This document shows, in pieces, positions 10,530 to 21,035 of a DNA stretch of 64,000 nucleotides. The notes beneath the pieces were generated by a model. The model was not told where the DNA came from, made no database searches, and was given only the letters and a program-made list of their open reading frames with translations. The DNA is from Microcoleus sp. (GTDB lineage Bacteria > Cyanobacteriota > Cyanobacteriia > Cyanobacteriales > Microcoleaceae): contig JAYFMW010000003.1 of the NCBI GenBank assembly GCA_042408215.1, positions 416,001 to 480,000 of the forward strand. Direction: 5' to 3'. The translations under genes were made by a program, and so were the position numbers. Every line of letters starts with the position of its first letter. Positions within the stretch are counted from its first letter, which is position 1.

Positions 10530-10810
10530 AGTAGTATTTGATGGTGGTTTGCAGAGGTGCTTGGGGGCGATCGGCTCAGCGGCACGTTGCGAAAGTAGTG
10601 TATCACTTTTTTTTAACTATTTAAGTAGTTACGTAAACATCAAGACAGTTGACCAAAAAACGAGACGCAAGCCCCGGGCTAACGACGTGGGGACTCGGCA
10701 GCGGTTTCAACACATTCGACTACGCTCTGTTACCGCCGCCTTGAATATTTAACAAAGCTTAATGTAAAACCAGCACAGTATACAACTTTTTTCTGTTGTA
10801 TAACAGTAGC

Positions 10811-11205
10811 ATGGATATTAAATACAAGTCAAACAAAAATATTACGTACTCTTGCAAATACCAGATCGTGTGGTCTCCCAAGTACCGTCGCAAGGTTTTG
10901 ATTGAAGGCGCCGATATTCGCCTGAAGGAGATATTGCTAGAGATTGCAACTGAGTTTAAAAGTGAATTAATTGAAATGGAAGTAATGCCAGATCATGTCC
11001 ACCTTTTGGTCGAATGCGATCCTCAATTTGGGATCGCAAAACTCATTCGGTACATGAAAGGACGCTCATCTCGATATCTCCGCCAAGAATTCCCTTGGCT
11101 GAAAAGTCGATTGCCAACACTCTGGACTAATAGCTACTTTATTTCGACTGTTGGTGGTGCATTTCAGTGGTCAAGCAGTATATCGAGAATCAAAAAAATG
11201 TCTAG
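10811..11205 (+). pseudogene. tnpA: IS200-type Y1 transposase TnpA, frameshifted just before the catalytic Tyr helix
   Basis: HUH motif DHVHLL and LWTNSYF..TVGGA; the expected SVVKQYIENQ lies out of frame. Confidence 0.85.
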
Positions 11206-12554
11206 CTATGGTTGTCAGCAAAATTTAATCAACCCAGATCAATCTTTAGAAAACGTTTTAGAGTTGGTCTGTGAAGAATCAAATAAGCTTGCTAATTGCG
11301 GGATTTACTATTCTCGGCAGTTGTATTTTAAGACGGGCCAGATCCCAAGTAGATTCGATCTACACAGGTTGATGAAAGACAATCTTCATTTTAAAGCACT
11401 TTATTCTCACGTAGCTCAGCAAACCTTAACTGGTGTTGCAGAATCTTTTAAATCTTACATTGGGCTACTTAAGGGTATTAGCAGTGGAACAGTAACACAA
11501 CATCCTAGATTGCCTGGATATCGCAAAAACAGCCTAAAACTTGCGACTTTCCCGAAGACGGATGTCAAATTGAAAAATGGACAACTACGATTCCCTTTGG
11601 GTGGTAAGGTTAAACTATGGTTTGGAATTGGTGAGTTTTATTTACCAATGCCGTCAAATTTGGAATATAGCAAGATTAGAGAAATTCGGTTATTACCCAG
11701 AAATGGTCAATTTTATAGCGGTTCTCAAAAAAGTGAGGTATGCCCACGGAACCCTATGCCCTATGCCCCATGCCCCATGCCCTATGCCCAGTCGTACCTC
11801 ATCTTTCTGAGAAAGGCTATATGTTGAATTTGTTTATAAGGTTGAATCGGTAAAGGTTGATTTAGATGTCTGTCGAGCATTGGGAATCGATCCTGGATTA
11901 AATAATTGGTTAACTTGTGTTTCAAATGTTGGCACATCGTTGATTGTGGATGGATTACATTTAAAATCTTTGAACCAGTGGTACAACAAGCAGGTTTCAA
12001 CAATTAAAGAAAACAAGCCTCAAAGTTTTTGGTCTAATCGATTGGCGGAAATTACGGAAAAAAGAAACAGGCAAGTTAGAGATGCTGTTAACAAAACAGC
12101 TCGGTTAGTATTGAATCATTGTCTTGAAAATAAGATTGGTACAGTCGTATTTGGCTGGAATAAAGAGATGCGCCAAGGAATCAATCTTGGCGGTCAAACA
12201 AATCAAAGTTTTGTGCAAATCCCCACGGCTAGACTGAAAGATAGAATTTCTCAACTTGTTGAGCAGCATGGAGTTCGGTTTGTTGAAACTGAAGAAAGTT
12301 ATACAAGCAAGGCAAGTTTTTTAGATTCAGATGAACTACCTACGTTCGGTGAAAAAACTGAAGGGTGGAAAGAATCTGGAAAGCGTGTAAATCGCGGATT
12401 ATATCGTTCAAAAAATGGAGTCAAAATAAATGCAGATTGTAACGGGGCTGCAAATATTTTGCGAAAAGTAGCGGCAACTTTAGGGCTATGCCTAGAAGAA
12501 GTCAGTAGGGGCGCTTTGATTTCGCCTTTAAAGGTTCGTATTTGGACTCTTTAA
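11198..12554 (+). pseudogene. tnpB: TnpB interrupted by a MITE
   Basis: Removing 11716-11821 restores ...GQFY-VEFVY...GIDPG; NADCNGA present. Confidence 0.88.
11716..11819. mobile_element. 104-bp MITE with ~25-bp imperfect TIRs and a TA target duplication
   Basis: TAGCGGTTCTCAAAAAAGTGAGGTA ... TACCTCATCTTTCTGAGAAAGGCTA flanked by TA at 11714-15 and 11820-21; internal TGCCC(C/T)A heptamers. Confidence 0.88.
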
Positions 12555-12722
12555 GCATCCCCGTCCCGGAGCGGGCTGGGGAGTATCAAAAATTAGCAAT
12601 TTTGTGTATTCCAAAATCGCGGTCAATTAAAAAAATCTCCGACCTCAGCCAGCTAGCACTGTAGGTCGGAGGAGCACTCTATCACACCCGTCATCGCGGG
12701 AATAGGTGAATTTTGATAGAGA

Positions 12723-13505
12723 TTACATTTTATTCAGCTGCGATCGCAACTCTTCCAACTCAGCATCCACAACCGTACCTGACCCCGATGTAGCAGCAGC
12801 AGTTTTACCCGATGCCGGCAATTGAGGTTGAGACACAGAGCCTCCGGCCAGTTGGGCTTTCATCTGAGCCAACTCGTCATCCACATCCCCGCCACCTTCT
12901 AGCAAGCGGAACTGTTCTTCCAAATTGCTGCCGCCGGCGGCCAGTTCTGCCGAAGCCCCCGCGCGAGCTTCAATCTGCAAAACTTTTTCTTCCATGCGAT
13001 CGAAAGCCGCCATTGAACTGCCAGTATTCAGGGAGCCAATGGTGTTGTTGAGCTGTTCCTGAGCCTTAGCAGCGGATATCCTGGCTTTGAGCATATCCTT
13101 TTTCGTCTTAGCTTCAGAAATCTTGCTCTCCAAACCGATCAAGTTGCGCTTGAGACTTTCCACCTGAGTCGATTGCTGCTCCAGACTCGCTTTCAGAGTA
13201 GCAGCAGTTTCGGCGTGAGACTTTTTACGCACCAGCGCTTCCCTAGCCAAAGTCTCGTCCCCTTTTTGCAAAGCAAGCTGAGCGCGCTGTTGCCACTGGT
13301 TCGACTGAGACTCAGCTTGATTGTACTGGGTCTGGGTGCGCTTTTGAGCGGCGATCGCGCTAGCAACTGCCTGACGCAACTGCACCAGGTCTTCCTGCAT
13401 ATCCGTCACGGACTGTTCTAAAATCTTTTCTGGGTCTTCAGCTTTGTTGACCAGATCGTTAAGATTGGCTCTGACGACTCGGCTAATGCGATCGAATAAT
13501 CCCAT
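12723..13505 (-). CDS. vipp1: Vipp1/IM30 (PspA family with C-terminal extension)
   Basis: MGLFDRISRVVRANLN..EDPEKILEQ; extra C-terminal helix VDAELEELRSQL. Confidence 0.9.
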   Translation of the reverse strand: MGLFDRISRVVRANLNDLVNKAEDPEKILEQSVTDMQEDLVQLRQAVASAIAAQKRTQTQYNQAESQSNQWQQRAQLALQKGDETLAREALVRKKSHAETAATLKASLEQQSTQVESLKRNLIGLESKISEAKTKKDMLKARISAAKAQEQLNNTIGSLNTGSSMAAFDRMEEKVLQIEARAGASAELAAGGSNLEEQFRLLEGGGDVDDELAQMKAQLAGGSVSQPQLPASGKTAAATSGSGTVVDAELEELRSQLNKM

Positions 13506-13702
13506 AATCCTATTTTTCCTTGGTGAGGTGTACTCTTGTCAGCGGAAAGCAGGCTTTAGATGCTAGCCCGCCGTTGTGAAATTCAGTTGGTCAGATTTTT
13601 AGTGCGATCGGGCCTGAGGTAAATTTTGCAAACATATAAATCCAGTTTAAAACGATCGAGTTAAGTCCTGCGGGAAGCTTATTCAAGCTCTATCTATTGA
13701 GT

Positions 13703-15100
13703 GTGAACTACTCACCGCTAACCTGGAGTACCAGGTATAGCGAGAGCTTCTGTACTCACAGGCGAGTGCCTCAAGACAGACTTGCGTCCCCATGAAGGTC
13801 TTACCTCCCCTCCTACAGCAGAAACGGCTGAACCATCCGTCTTTAGCATTCTGATACCCTCTGCTCTAATATTGATAGCTGCGTTTCCATCTCTGTCGTG
13901 ACGAGTGCCACAATGGGGACAAGTCCATTCACGAACATCCAACGGCATTTCACGGATATGATGAAAACAATTAGAACAGAGTTTAGAACTAGGGAACCAT
14001 CTATCTATCTCGACTAACTTCGCGCCTTTTCGTTCTAGTTTGTAAGCTAAGAAATTAGTGAATGTTCCCCATCCACAATCAGAAATTGATGAAGCCAAAT
14101 TGTGATTACGAACCATGCCTTTGACATAAAGATTTTCTACTATGACCGCTTGGCTATCGCTGACCAACTTATGACTAAGTTTATGTAGAAAATCTTGCCG
14201 TGAATTACTAACTCGTTCGTACACTTTAGCAACAACTTTACGATCTTTATTTCTGGATTTACTCCCCTTTTGTTTACGGGCTAATTTCTTTGGCTTACGC
14301 TTGAGGTTTTTCTCATGTTTGGCCAAGTGTTTAGGATTGTCATATTGAGAGACCTTTGTGCCATCAGTAACAACTGCAAAGTGTTTGATTCCTAAGTCAA
14401 TACCAGAGATTTTACCTTCTGAAACAGTAGGGTTTTCCCCTTCAACTTCGGTCAATATAGATGCCAAATATTTCCCGGTCGGCATTTTATTGACGGTGAC
14501 AGTCTTGACTTTTCCCTCAATTTGTCGATGTATTTTGGCTTTAACTATCCCGAGCTTACCGGGAAGCTTTACACTGCCCTCTACTTTGACATTTTGAGGG
14601 TATTGAATTGACTGTTTGCCATGTTTAGATTTAAACTTAGGGAAGCCTGCACGTCGAGCAAAAAAGTTTTTGTAAGCCGTGGTTAAATTAAGTGTTGTAG
14701 CTTGTAAAACCTGACTGTAACAATTAGCCAGCCACAGCGTATCTTCGGCTTTTTTGAGCTTGGGCAATAGCGCGTTGAGTGCTACCTGTCCCAGTCCTTT
14801 CCCCGTATCTTTATAAACCTCAATGGATTTATTTAAGGCATAATTCCACCACCAACGCGAACATCCAAATGTTTGGGCTAGTAGTGCTTCTTGCCATGCA
14901 GTTGGATACAGACGGACTTGTACAGCTTGATGGAGCATCTAATATCACTTCCTTGTCCCAACATCTTACTACATACTACCAAAAACAGTAAAGACAATCT
15001 GAAAGATTTGGTCAACTCCGTACCTACCTACGTTGACGGGCCTCTCATCCTACCGCTCACCTGGGTACAGGTAGAGCGGGGGACTTCCCGGCGGTGTAAG
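13703..15100 (-). mobile_element. IS200/IS605-family tnpB-only element between pspA and vipp1
   Basis: TTAA before the left end, subterminal hairpins, right end GAGTAGTTCAC. Confidence 0.75.
13718..14938 (-). CDS. tnpB: TnpB
   Basis: GIDLG, IVENL, Zn finger CSNC..CPHC, DRDGNAA. Confidence 0.93.
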   Translation of the reverse strand: MLHQAVQVRLYPTAWQEALLAQTFGCSRWWWNYALNKSIEVYKDTGKGLGQVALNALLPKLKKAEDTLWLANCYSQVLQATTLNLTTAYKNFFARRAGFPKFKSKHGKQSIQYPQNVKVEGSVKLPGKLGIVKAKIHRQIEGKVKTVTVNKMPTGKYLASILTEVEGENPTVSEGKISGIDLGIKHFAVVTDGTKVSQYDNPKHLAKHEKNLKRKPKKLARKQKGSKSRNKDRKVVAKVYERVSNSRQDFLHKLSHKLVSDSQAVIVENLYVKGMVRNHNLASSISDCGWGTFTNFLAYKLERKGAKLVEIDRWFPSSKLCSNCFHHIREMPLDVREWTCPHCGTRHDRDGNAAINIRAEGIRMLKTDGSAVSAVGGEVRPSWGRKSVLRHSPVSTEALAIPGTPG

Positions 15101-15202
15101 TTAACTTCGATCCGGGAATTCCCCAACACCCTTCCGGTCATTTCTAGCTACCATATTCAGGAATTTTTGAACAGAAAAAACTATTGCGATCGTACCTTGA
15201 CT

Positions 15203-15907
15203 TCAGGATGCGGGCGGCTCACCCGACGGCAACTTGGGCCTATTATTACCCGGAAGCATTTGTGCTTTCATCGCCGCCAACTCCGCATCGACATCGCCAG
15301 CACCTTCGAGAGACAGAAACTGCTTTTCTAAATCGCTAGTACCGAGTTCTGCAATTGCCTCGGAGCGAGCTTCTAGCTGCATGACTTTCTCTTCCATCCG
15401 TTCAAATGCGCTCAAAGCGCTGCCGGTATTGAGATTGCCCATCATTTCCTGAAGTCTTTCTGATGCTTGTGCCGATCGAGCCCGAGCAATATACATATCC
15501 TTTTTAGACTTGGCCTCAGAAATTTTACTTTCCAGCGCCCGCATATTTTCTTTAAGTTGAGTCACAACCACATTCTGCTGTTGTAACTGGCCTTTCATCG
15601 CTGTCGCCGTTTCTTGATAAGACTTCTTGCGCGTCAAAGCTTCCCGCGCCAAATTTTCCTCACCTTTTTGTAGGGCTAGCTGTGCCCGTTGATACCATTC
15701 AGCAGCAGTAGACTCAGCTTGGGAACACTGGCGTTCGGTGCGTTTTTGAGCAGCAATCGCCCCTGCTACAGCCTGTCTGAGCTGCACTAAATCCTCCTGC
15801 ATATCCATCACAGCCTGTTCCAGAATCTTTTCTGGATCTTCTGCCGTGCCTACCAAACTGTTAATATTGGCTCGAATCATTCGCCAAATGCGATCGAATA
15901 GTCCCAT
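15203..15907 (-). CDS. pspA: Phage shock protein A (PspA/IM30 family)
   Basis: MGLFDRIWRMIRANIN..EDPEKILEQ; no Vipp1 tail; start set to the conserved MGLFD. Confidence 0.88.
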   Translation of the reverse strand: MGLFDRIWRMIRANINSLVGTAEDPEKILEQAVMDMQEDLVQLRQAVAGAIAAQKRTERQCSQAESTAAEWYQRAQLALQKGEENLAREALTRKKSYQETATAMKGQLQQQNVVVTQLKENMRALESKISEAKSKKDMYIARARSAQASERLQEMMGNLNTGSALSAFERMEEKVMQLEARSEAIAELGTSDLEKQFLSLEGAGDVDAELAAMKAQMLPGNNRPKLPSGEPPAS

Positions 15908-15925
15908 CTTACCCTTCTCCCGATT

Positions 15926-17220
15926 GTAAACTACCCCACCCATAGAATGCGCGGGCTTTCAGTAGCCCCGATCTGGTCTGCAATGCTGCCAAACAATACC
16001 GAACCTCCGAGCGGATTTACTGCCGCTCCAAGAACAGAAATATTCATCGCACCATTCAAATCTGAATCACCATGCCAGCCACAATGCCCAGATTTAAAAC
16101 TCTTGCCACTTCTGTAGGATTTACCCCTAACAGGATGGATATGGTTACATTTGTGGCACATCTGAGAAGTATCAGCAGGATTAACTTTAACCAGTTTTAC
16201 CCCAGCTTGAATTGCTTTGTATTCAAGGAAGATTCGCAACTGATAGAAAGCCCAAGAATTAGAACGTCTGCGCTCAGTCTTGTTTCTTTGCTCTTGATTA
16301 CTCCGAGATCTAATCCCTGTCAATTCCTCAATTGCAATAACTTTACCCTCAGATTTAGCCTGATTAACGGTGCGACTAATGTTGTGGTTAAGCCACGATT
16401 GATAGCGTCTCTCACGCCCCGACAGCCGTTGCCAGATTTGACGGCATCTACGCCGACCAGACGTGCCTTTCGAGGCTTTTTGTTGCAGAGATACTCTTAC
16501 CTTAGAAAAATTCTCTCTAACCTGTTGAATCCCTTTACCATCCCACTTATCGCCACTGCTAGTAACGGCAAGATCACACCCAAATCAATACCGATGATTC
16601 CATCTTCAAAAGTCGGTTCAGGGGCTTCATCCTTGATTTGAATATGGATGTAGTATCCACGATCGCGATGTTTACACAGCGTTGCAGATGTAGGTTTTCT
16701 CCCTTGGAGCTTGCCTATCTGGTAGCTCCCTAGGTTGATCTTGATATGCTCTCTGCCACCGACAAGGGTCAAACTAGCAGAAAGAGTCTTTTTCTCTAAA
16801 GGCAAATATCCGAGCATCATAATCAGCACTGATAGGACGAAAGTCTTTAACAGGCTTGTTCTTAAGTTTGGCAGTTTTGCGGTTAGAAGAAACTCTGGCA
16901 ATGGCACGGATGGTCAAGTTGGCAGACAAGTAAAACTGACTTCTAACTTGACTGTAAACCAGGGTTTGAATCCTGACATTATTCACCAGCTTAGGGTCAA
17001 TCCTAGTGTTGATCGAGTTGCAAGCCAAAGCGAAAGCACTCAATGTAGCCTCTATTTTCTGAGACTGTTCTTGAGTGGGTTGAAGCTTGCAAACTATAGT
17101 CAATACTTGTTCCATGCCTACGATTATATCACTAGAATGACTATTTATAGGCGACTAAAGTCGCAGCCACTTTCCTCCCCATGTCGTTAGCCCGGGGATC
17201 AGATCTCGTCCTTTGGTGAG
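15926..17220 (-). mobile_element. IS200/IS605-family element with a multiply frameshifted tnpB (15931-17115)
   Basis: Fragments MEQVLTIVCKL, GIDLG, WAFYQL..EYKA and DSDLNGA in different frames; left-end hairpin like that at 10654; right end GGGGTAGTTTAC. Confidence 0.8.
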
Positions 17221-17248
17221 TTGAGGATGTCACTTGCCTCTACCTAGT

Positions 17249-18493
17249 TTACGGCTGATAATATTGCGGCTTCACCCCTTTTGCTTGCAGTTCTTTCGCC
17301 AAACGTTCGGCTGATGCAGCATCGTTCAAAGCCCCCATTTGGATCTTGACACCCTTTGAGAAGTTTCGCACGTAAGCATCGGGAACTGCGATTCTGGCTT
17401 GCTGTAGAGATTTTTCGTCCGTGTAATCAACGACAACGTAATAGAAACCATCCGCAGCCCGTGCAGGCCTTCCCAGTGTTGCTGCGGGGGTTCCAGATGT
17501 GGCTGCCGGAGATACTACTGCCGGAGATACTGCTGCCGGAGATACTGCTGCCGGCGGCAAAGTCGAAGATGTTGGAGGCAGAGTCGGCAGAGTCGGCACA
17601 GGCTGTGCAGCGCTGGGGCTGGCGCCCGGAAGCAAAGCTGTGCTGAGATTGTTGAGTCCTTGTTCCCTACCTCTGGCCTTGTTACCATCTTCTGTAGGGA
17701 TGGGAACAGCCCCTGTCTCGGTGGGAATCACGGCCGGAGTTGGCGGGATTGATGCTTTTGGCGACGGGGAAGCGATGGGGCTAGCCGTCGGCTCGACATT
17801 ACTCAGGGTGCTCAAATCCAGTTCGACAAATTCCTTGGAAACCAGATTTGGAGCTTTCGGGAGTTCCTTGTTATTTCCAGTATTTGTGGTGGCCCTACTG
17901 GTGGGACTTTCGGCAACTCCGGGGGCGGAGCTCACGAACAAGCGGTTGAGGCCTGCCATTTTAACTACGCTAGATGGGTGCATCACTGCGTAGCCCAAAG
18001 CTGTGCAGGACAGCAGAAACAGCAGCATCGAACTCAGCCCCAAGGGAGTTAACAGACTGGCGGCTAAACTGCGTTCTTCAGAAAGCTCGGCTGTTGGTTG
18101 ATCCAAACTTTCGATCAGTTTTTCGCTAGATTCGAGATAGTTGTTCGGTGCTCCGGCGCTGCTAGATAATTGTGTTGCTTTGCTGATCCTGGTAGTTGCT
18201 AGTGGGGCATCGCCCGCGCTGCCGGCAAGGGAGAGGGGCAGCCGGATCGATTGCTGAGTCTCCTCTGCGACTGCTGGTAGATTTTGACCTAGCTGTTGGT
18301 CAGTTGTGCCTGTTTGCTTACCAGGGCGAATTGACGGCGATACCCACTGTTCTGCTCGTCGCCTGTGCCTTCTGTATTTCGTCAATTCTGCTTCCAGGTT
18401 TACTTCCAAACACCCCAGCGCAGCTTGCAAAACAGGCTTGATGGGGGTTGAAGACGACTGATTTGGGGATTCAATTGAAGAACGCTTACTCAT
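17249..18493 (-). CDS. Single-TM, Pro-rich protein with a C-terminal SPOR-like domain (cell division/peptidoglycan binding)
   Basis: [11 protein letters not shown]-terminal motif, TM helix, C-terminal VPDAYVR..IQMGAL; the ORF-track extension upstream is STRR read-through. Confidence 0.75.
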   Translation of the reverse strand: MSKRSSIESPNQSSSTPIKPVLQAALGCLEVNLEAELTKYRRHRRRAEQWVSPSIRPGKQTGTTDQQLGQNLPAVAEETQQSIRLPLSLAGSAGDAPLATTRISKATQLSSSAGAPNNYLESSEKLIESLDQPTAELSEERSLAASLLTPLGLSSMLLFLLSCTALGYAVMHPSSVVKMAGLNRLFVSSAPGVAESPTSRATTNTGNNKELPKAPNLVSKEFVELDLSTLSNVEPTASPIASPSPKASIPPTPAVIPTETGAVPIPTEDGNKARGREQGLNNLSTALLPGASPSAAQPVPTLPTLPPTSSTLPPAAVSPAAVSPAVVSPAATSGTPAATLGRPARAADGFYYVVVDYTDEKSLQQARIAVPDAYVRNFSKGVKIQMGALNDAASAERLAKELQAKGVKPQYYQP

Positions 18494-18596
18494 TCGCAAA
18501 ACTCCTACTGCCTCTAAGTACATTTTAATATGATTGATTTTGACATACTCCCCCATCAACCTTTCGCTATGACGGGATGCTTGAAAGCAGAATCGG

Positions 18597-18905
18597 GAAG
18601 AAGGAAGAAGGAAGAGGGAAGAAGGAAGAGGGAAGAGGGAAAAAGAAACTATTCCCAATGCCCCATTCCCAATGCCCAATGCCCCATTCCCAATTCCCAA
18701 TGCCCAATTCCCAATGCCCCATTCCCAATGCCCCATTCCCAATTCCCCATTCCCAATTCCCCATTCCCCATTCCCCATTCCCAATTCCCAATGCCCCATT
18801 CCCAATTCCCCATTCCCCATTCCCCATTCCCCATTCCCCATTCCCCATTCCCAATTCCCCATTCCCAATTCCCCATTCCCAATGCCCCATTCCCAATTCC
18901 CCAAT
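18597..18905. repeat. GAAG(A/G)GG-type repeats followed by a long CCCCATT/CCCAATT/CCCAATG heptamer array (STRR)
   Basis: Direct reading; >35 heptamer units at 18651-18905. Confidence 0.95.
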
Positions 18906-19242
18906 TCGCCCACTCAGCGATCTCACAACTATTCCCCTTCCCCATTCGGTTGCTAGGCTAGACTATCTTGCGTTTTGGCATCCGGTTCGAGCGCTAATTT
19001 ATAACATCTCATACTCGCTACGCATTTGTCTTTTGTCTTGATCCCTGTCCACTTTATTAACTTTTGACCCGTTTTTTACCTTGAAAATGAGTCGCTACCA
19101 AGCTAATTGTTTCTATATATAACGAAATTATAAATAAATTATAAAGTTCGATCTTCCTCTGGGGATCGCTACAATCCAGACACAATAAGGGCTGGGAGGC
19201 TCTAAAACCTGCTAGCTCACTACAGGAGAATTAGAGAAGAAA

Positions 19243-19566
19243 ATGATAGCCCTAAGAACTTTTATGAATACCTCTTTAACTTCTGCTTGTCGTCATTGTC
19301 GCCACTATACGCCTGAGGGAAGACGCGGCGGGAATTGCCAGCAGCTAAGTGTACCCGTTCAAAGTCACTGGAAAGCTTGTTCTTTGGCGGTTTCTCCCTT
19401 TGGGCCGTCTTGGGAAAATCTAGAAGACCTCTTTGACAGCATACCACTGCGGCAGGAACAGACTTTGACGTTTGCCGAGGCTGCCGTCACTGCTTCTGAG
19501 CGAAATGCCTGGCAGCCTACAGCCACAACCTTCACCGAAACATCCGTTCCAGCAATCTCAGTTTAG
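19243..19566 (+). CDS. Cys-rich hypothetical protein
   Basis: CRHCRHY.PEGRRGG.C motif typical of a cyanobacterial hypothetical family. Confidence 0.7.
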   Translation: MIALRTFMNTSLTSACRHCRHYTPEGRRGGNCQQLSVPVQSHWKACSLAVSPFGPSWENLEDLFDSIPLRQEQTLTFAEAAVTASERNAWQPTATTFTETSVPAISV

Positions 19567-19693
19567 TTGCACGCGCTGCGGGCAAACTAAACTGACATTA
19601 AGGGCGATCGGCTGCATTCTACTTCCTCTACCGATCGTAAATCACAAACATCTGTGACATGAAGCAATCAAAAAAACTTATTCCCTCCTCCAC

Positions 19694-20527
19694 TTAAGGT
19701 AGCCAAGGATACTGACGAAAATCTGGTTGCCGCTTTTCTAAAAACGCTTGTTTGCCTTCGGCTCCTTCCTCTGTCATATAGTAGAGCAAGGTGGCGTTTC
19801 CCGCTAGTTCTTGCAAGCCGGCTTGACCGTCGCAGTCGGCATTGAAAGCAGATTTTAAACAGCGAATCGCGATCGGACTTTTCTCTAAAATTTCCGAAGC
19901 CCACTTAATTCCTTCTAGTTCGAGTTGTTCGACGGGCACGACGCAGTTTACTAAACCCATTTCTAAGGCTTGTTGTGCGCTGTACTGGCGACACAAAAAC
20001 CAAATTTCTCGCGCTTTTTTCTGGCCGACAACCCGCGCTAGATAGCTAGCTCCGAAACCGCCGTCGAAACTCCCTACTTTCGGGCCGGTTTGTCCGAAAA
20101 TCCCATTGTCAGCAGCGATCGTCAAGTCGCAAATTAAGTGTAAAACGTGACCCCCTCCGATCGCGTAACCTGCAACTAGGGCTATTACAACTTTCGGCAT
20201 CGATCGAATCAACTTTTGTAAGTCGAGTACGTTCAAGCGGGGAATGCCGCCGTCATCCACATAGCCGGCAGAACCCCGCACGCTTTGGTCTCCACCAGCA
20301 CAAAAGGCATATTTCCCGTCCGTGTGAGGCCCTGCACCAGTAAACAGGACAACGCCGATTTTAGTGTCTTCGCGTGCGTCAGCAAAGGCATCGCACAGTT
20401 CAAAGACGGTTTTGGGACGAAAAGCGTTCCGCTTTTCAGGTCGATCGATCGTAATTTTGGCGATGCCGCCGTTTTTGTGGTAGAGAATATCTTCGTAGGT
20501 TTTGGCGGTTTGCCATTCAATTTCCAT
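19694..20527 (-). CDS. menB: 1,4-dihydroxy-2-naphthoyl-CoA synthase
   Basis: [32 protein letters not shown]. Confidence 0.97.
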   Translation of the reverse strand: MEIEWQTAKTYEDILYHKNGGIAKITIDRPEKRNAFRPKTVFELCDAFADAREDTKIGVVLFTGAGPHTDGKYAFCAGGDQSVRGSAGYVDDGGIPRLNVLDLQKLIRSMPKVVIALVAGYAIGGGHVLHLICDLTIAADNGIFGQTGPKVGSFDGGFGASYLARVVGQKKAREIWFLCRQYSAQQALEMGLVNCVVPVEQLELEGIKWASEILEKSPIAIRCLKSAFNADCDGQAGLQELAGNATLLYYMTEEGAEGKQAFLEKRQPDFRQYPWLP

Positions 20528-20699
20528 AATCAATCGATTTGAGATTGCTGATTTGAGCTTTAACACTGTACATTAATGTACCGTCAGTCATTGAGCGTCA
20601 TATTGATTTGGTACTCACTCAGAGAAACCATTCCCCGGAATCCCCCGTCATCCCGATCGCCCGTGCCATTTATATTTTTACTCTTCGAGCGCCCTTTAT

Positions 20700-20994
20700 A
20701 AGAAATACCCTGAAAACCCTGCGACTTTAGTCCAGGGATGAAAGGGCGTTGCAGGATTTATCCTGCCTGCCCCATCTTGACAAACTGATTTTGGTTTGAT
20801 AAAGTTGTTGAAACTTAGTTGGTGAAAAACCCGACAGTTGCAAGCCGTTAGGCACCAAAGTAGCCATAGACTCAGCCACTCGCTGTGTGGGTAGTGGGTA
20901 TCTGACTTACCCTTTAAGAATTAAACTTTGGGCGGATTCATCCCCCAATGTTTGTCCTTAAGAATCCCCGCGTCTTCAGACCGGGGAGTGTCAA
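20700..20994 (+). mobile_element. Non-autonomous, ORF-less 295-bp derivative of the 5459-6906 element, retaining the omegaRNA/right end
   Basis: Left ~48 bp identical and right ~115 bp near-identical to the ends of 5459-6906; same TTAT target motif. Confidence 0.9.
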
Positions 20995-21035
20995 TTGTGC
21001 CCTAACAGAGACAGCAGATGTTTTGCTGCTTTGCC

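Larger units (their letters stand above)
10654..12589 (+). mobile_element. IS605-type element (tnpA+tnpB), degenerate
   Basis: TGAC target motif, left-end hairpin GCCCCGGGCTAACGACGTGGGG, right end GGGGAGTATCAA. Confidence 0.8.

Noticed and set aside
15908..15943. Longer pspA start
   Set aside because: Extends into the IS right end; the conserved MGLFD start is at 15907.
18494..19041. Multiple overlapping ORFs (MGNGEW/PIPHS repeats) and the N-terminal extension of the SPOR gene
   Set aside because: Artefacts of stop-free heptamer repeats.
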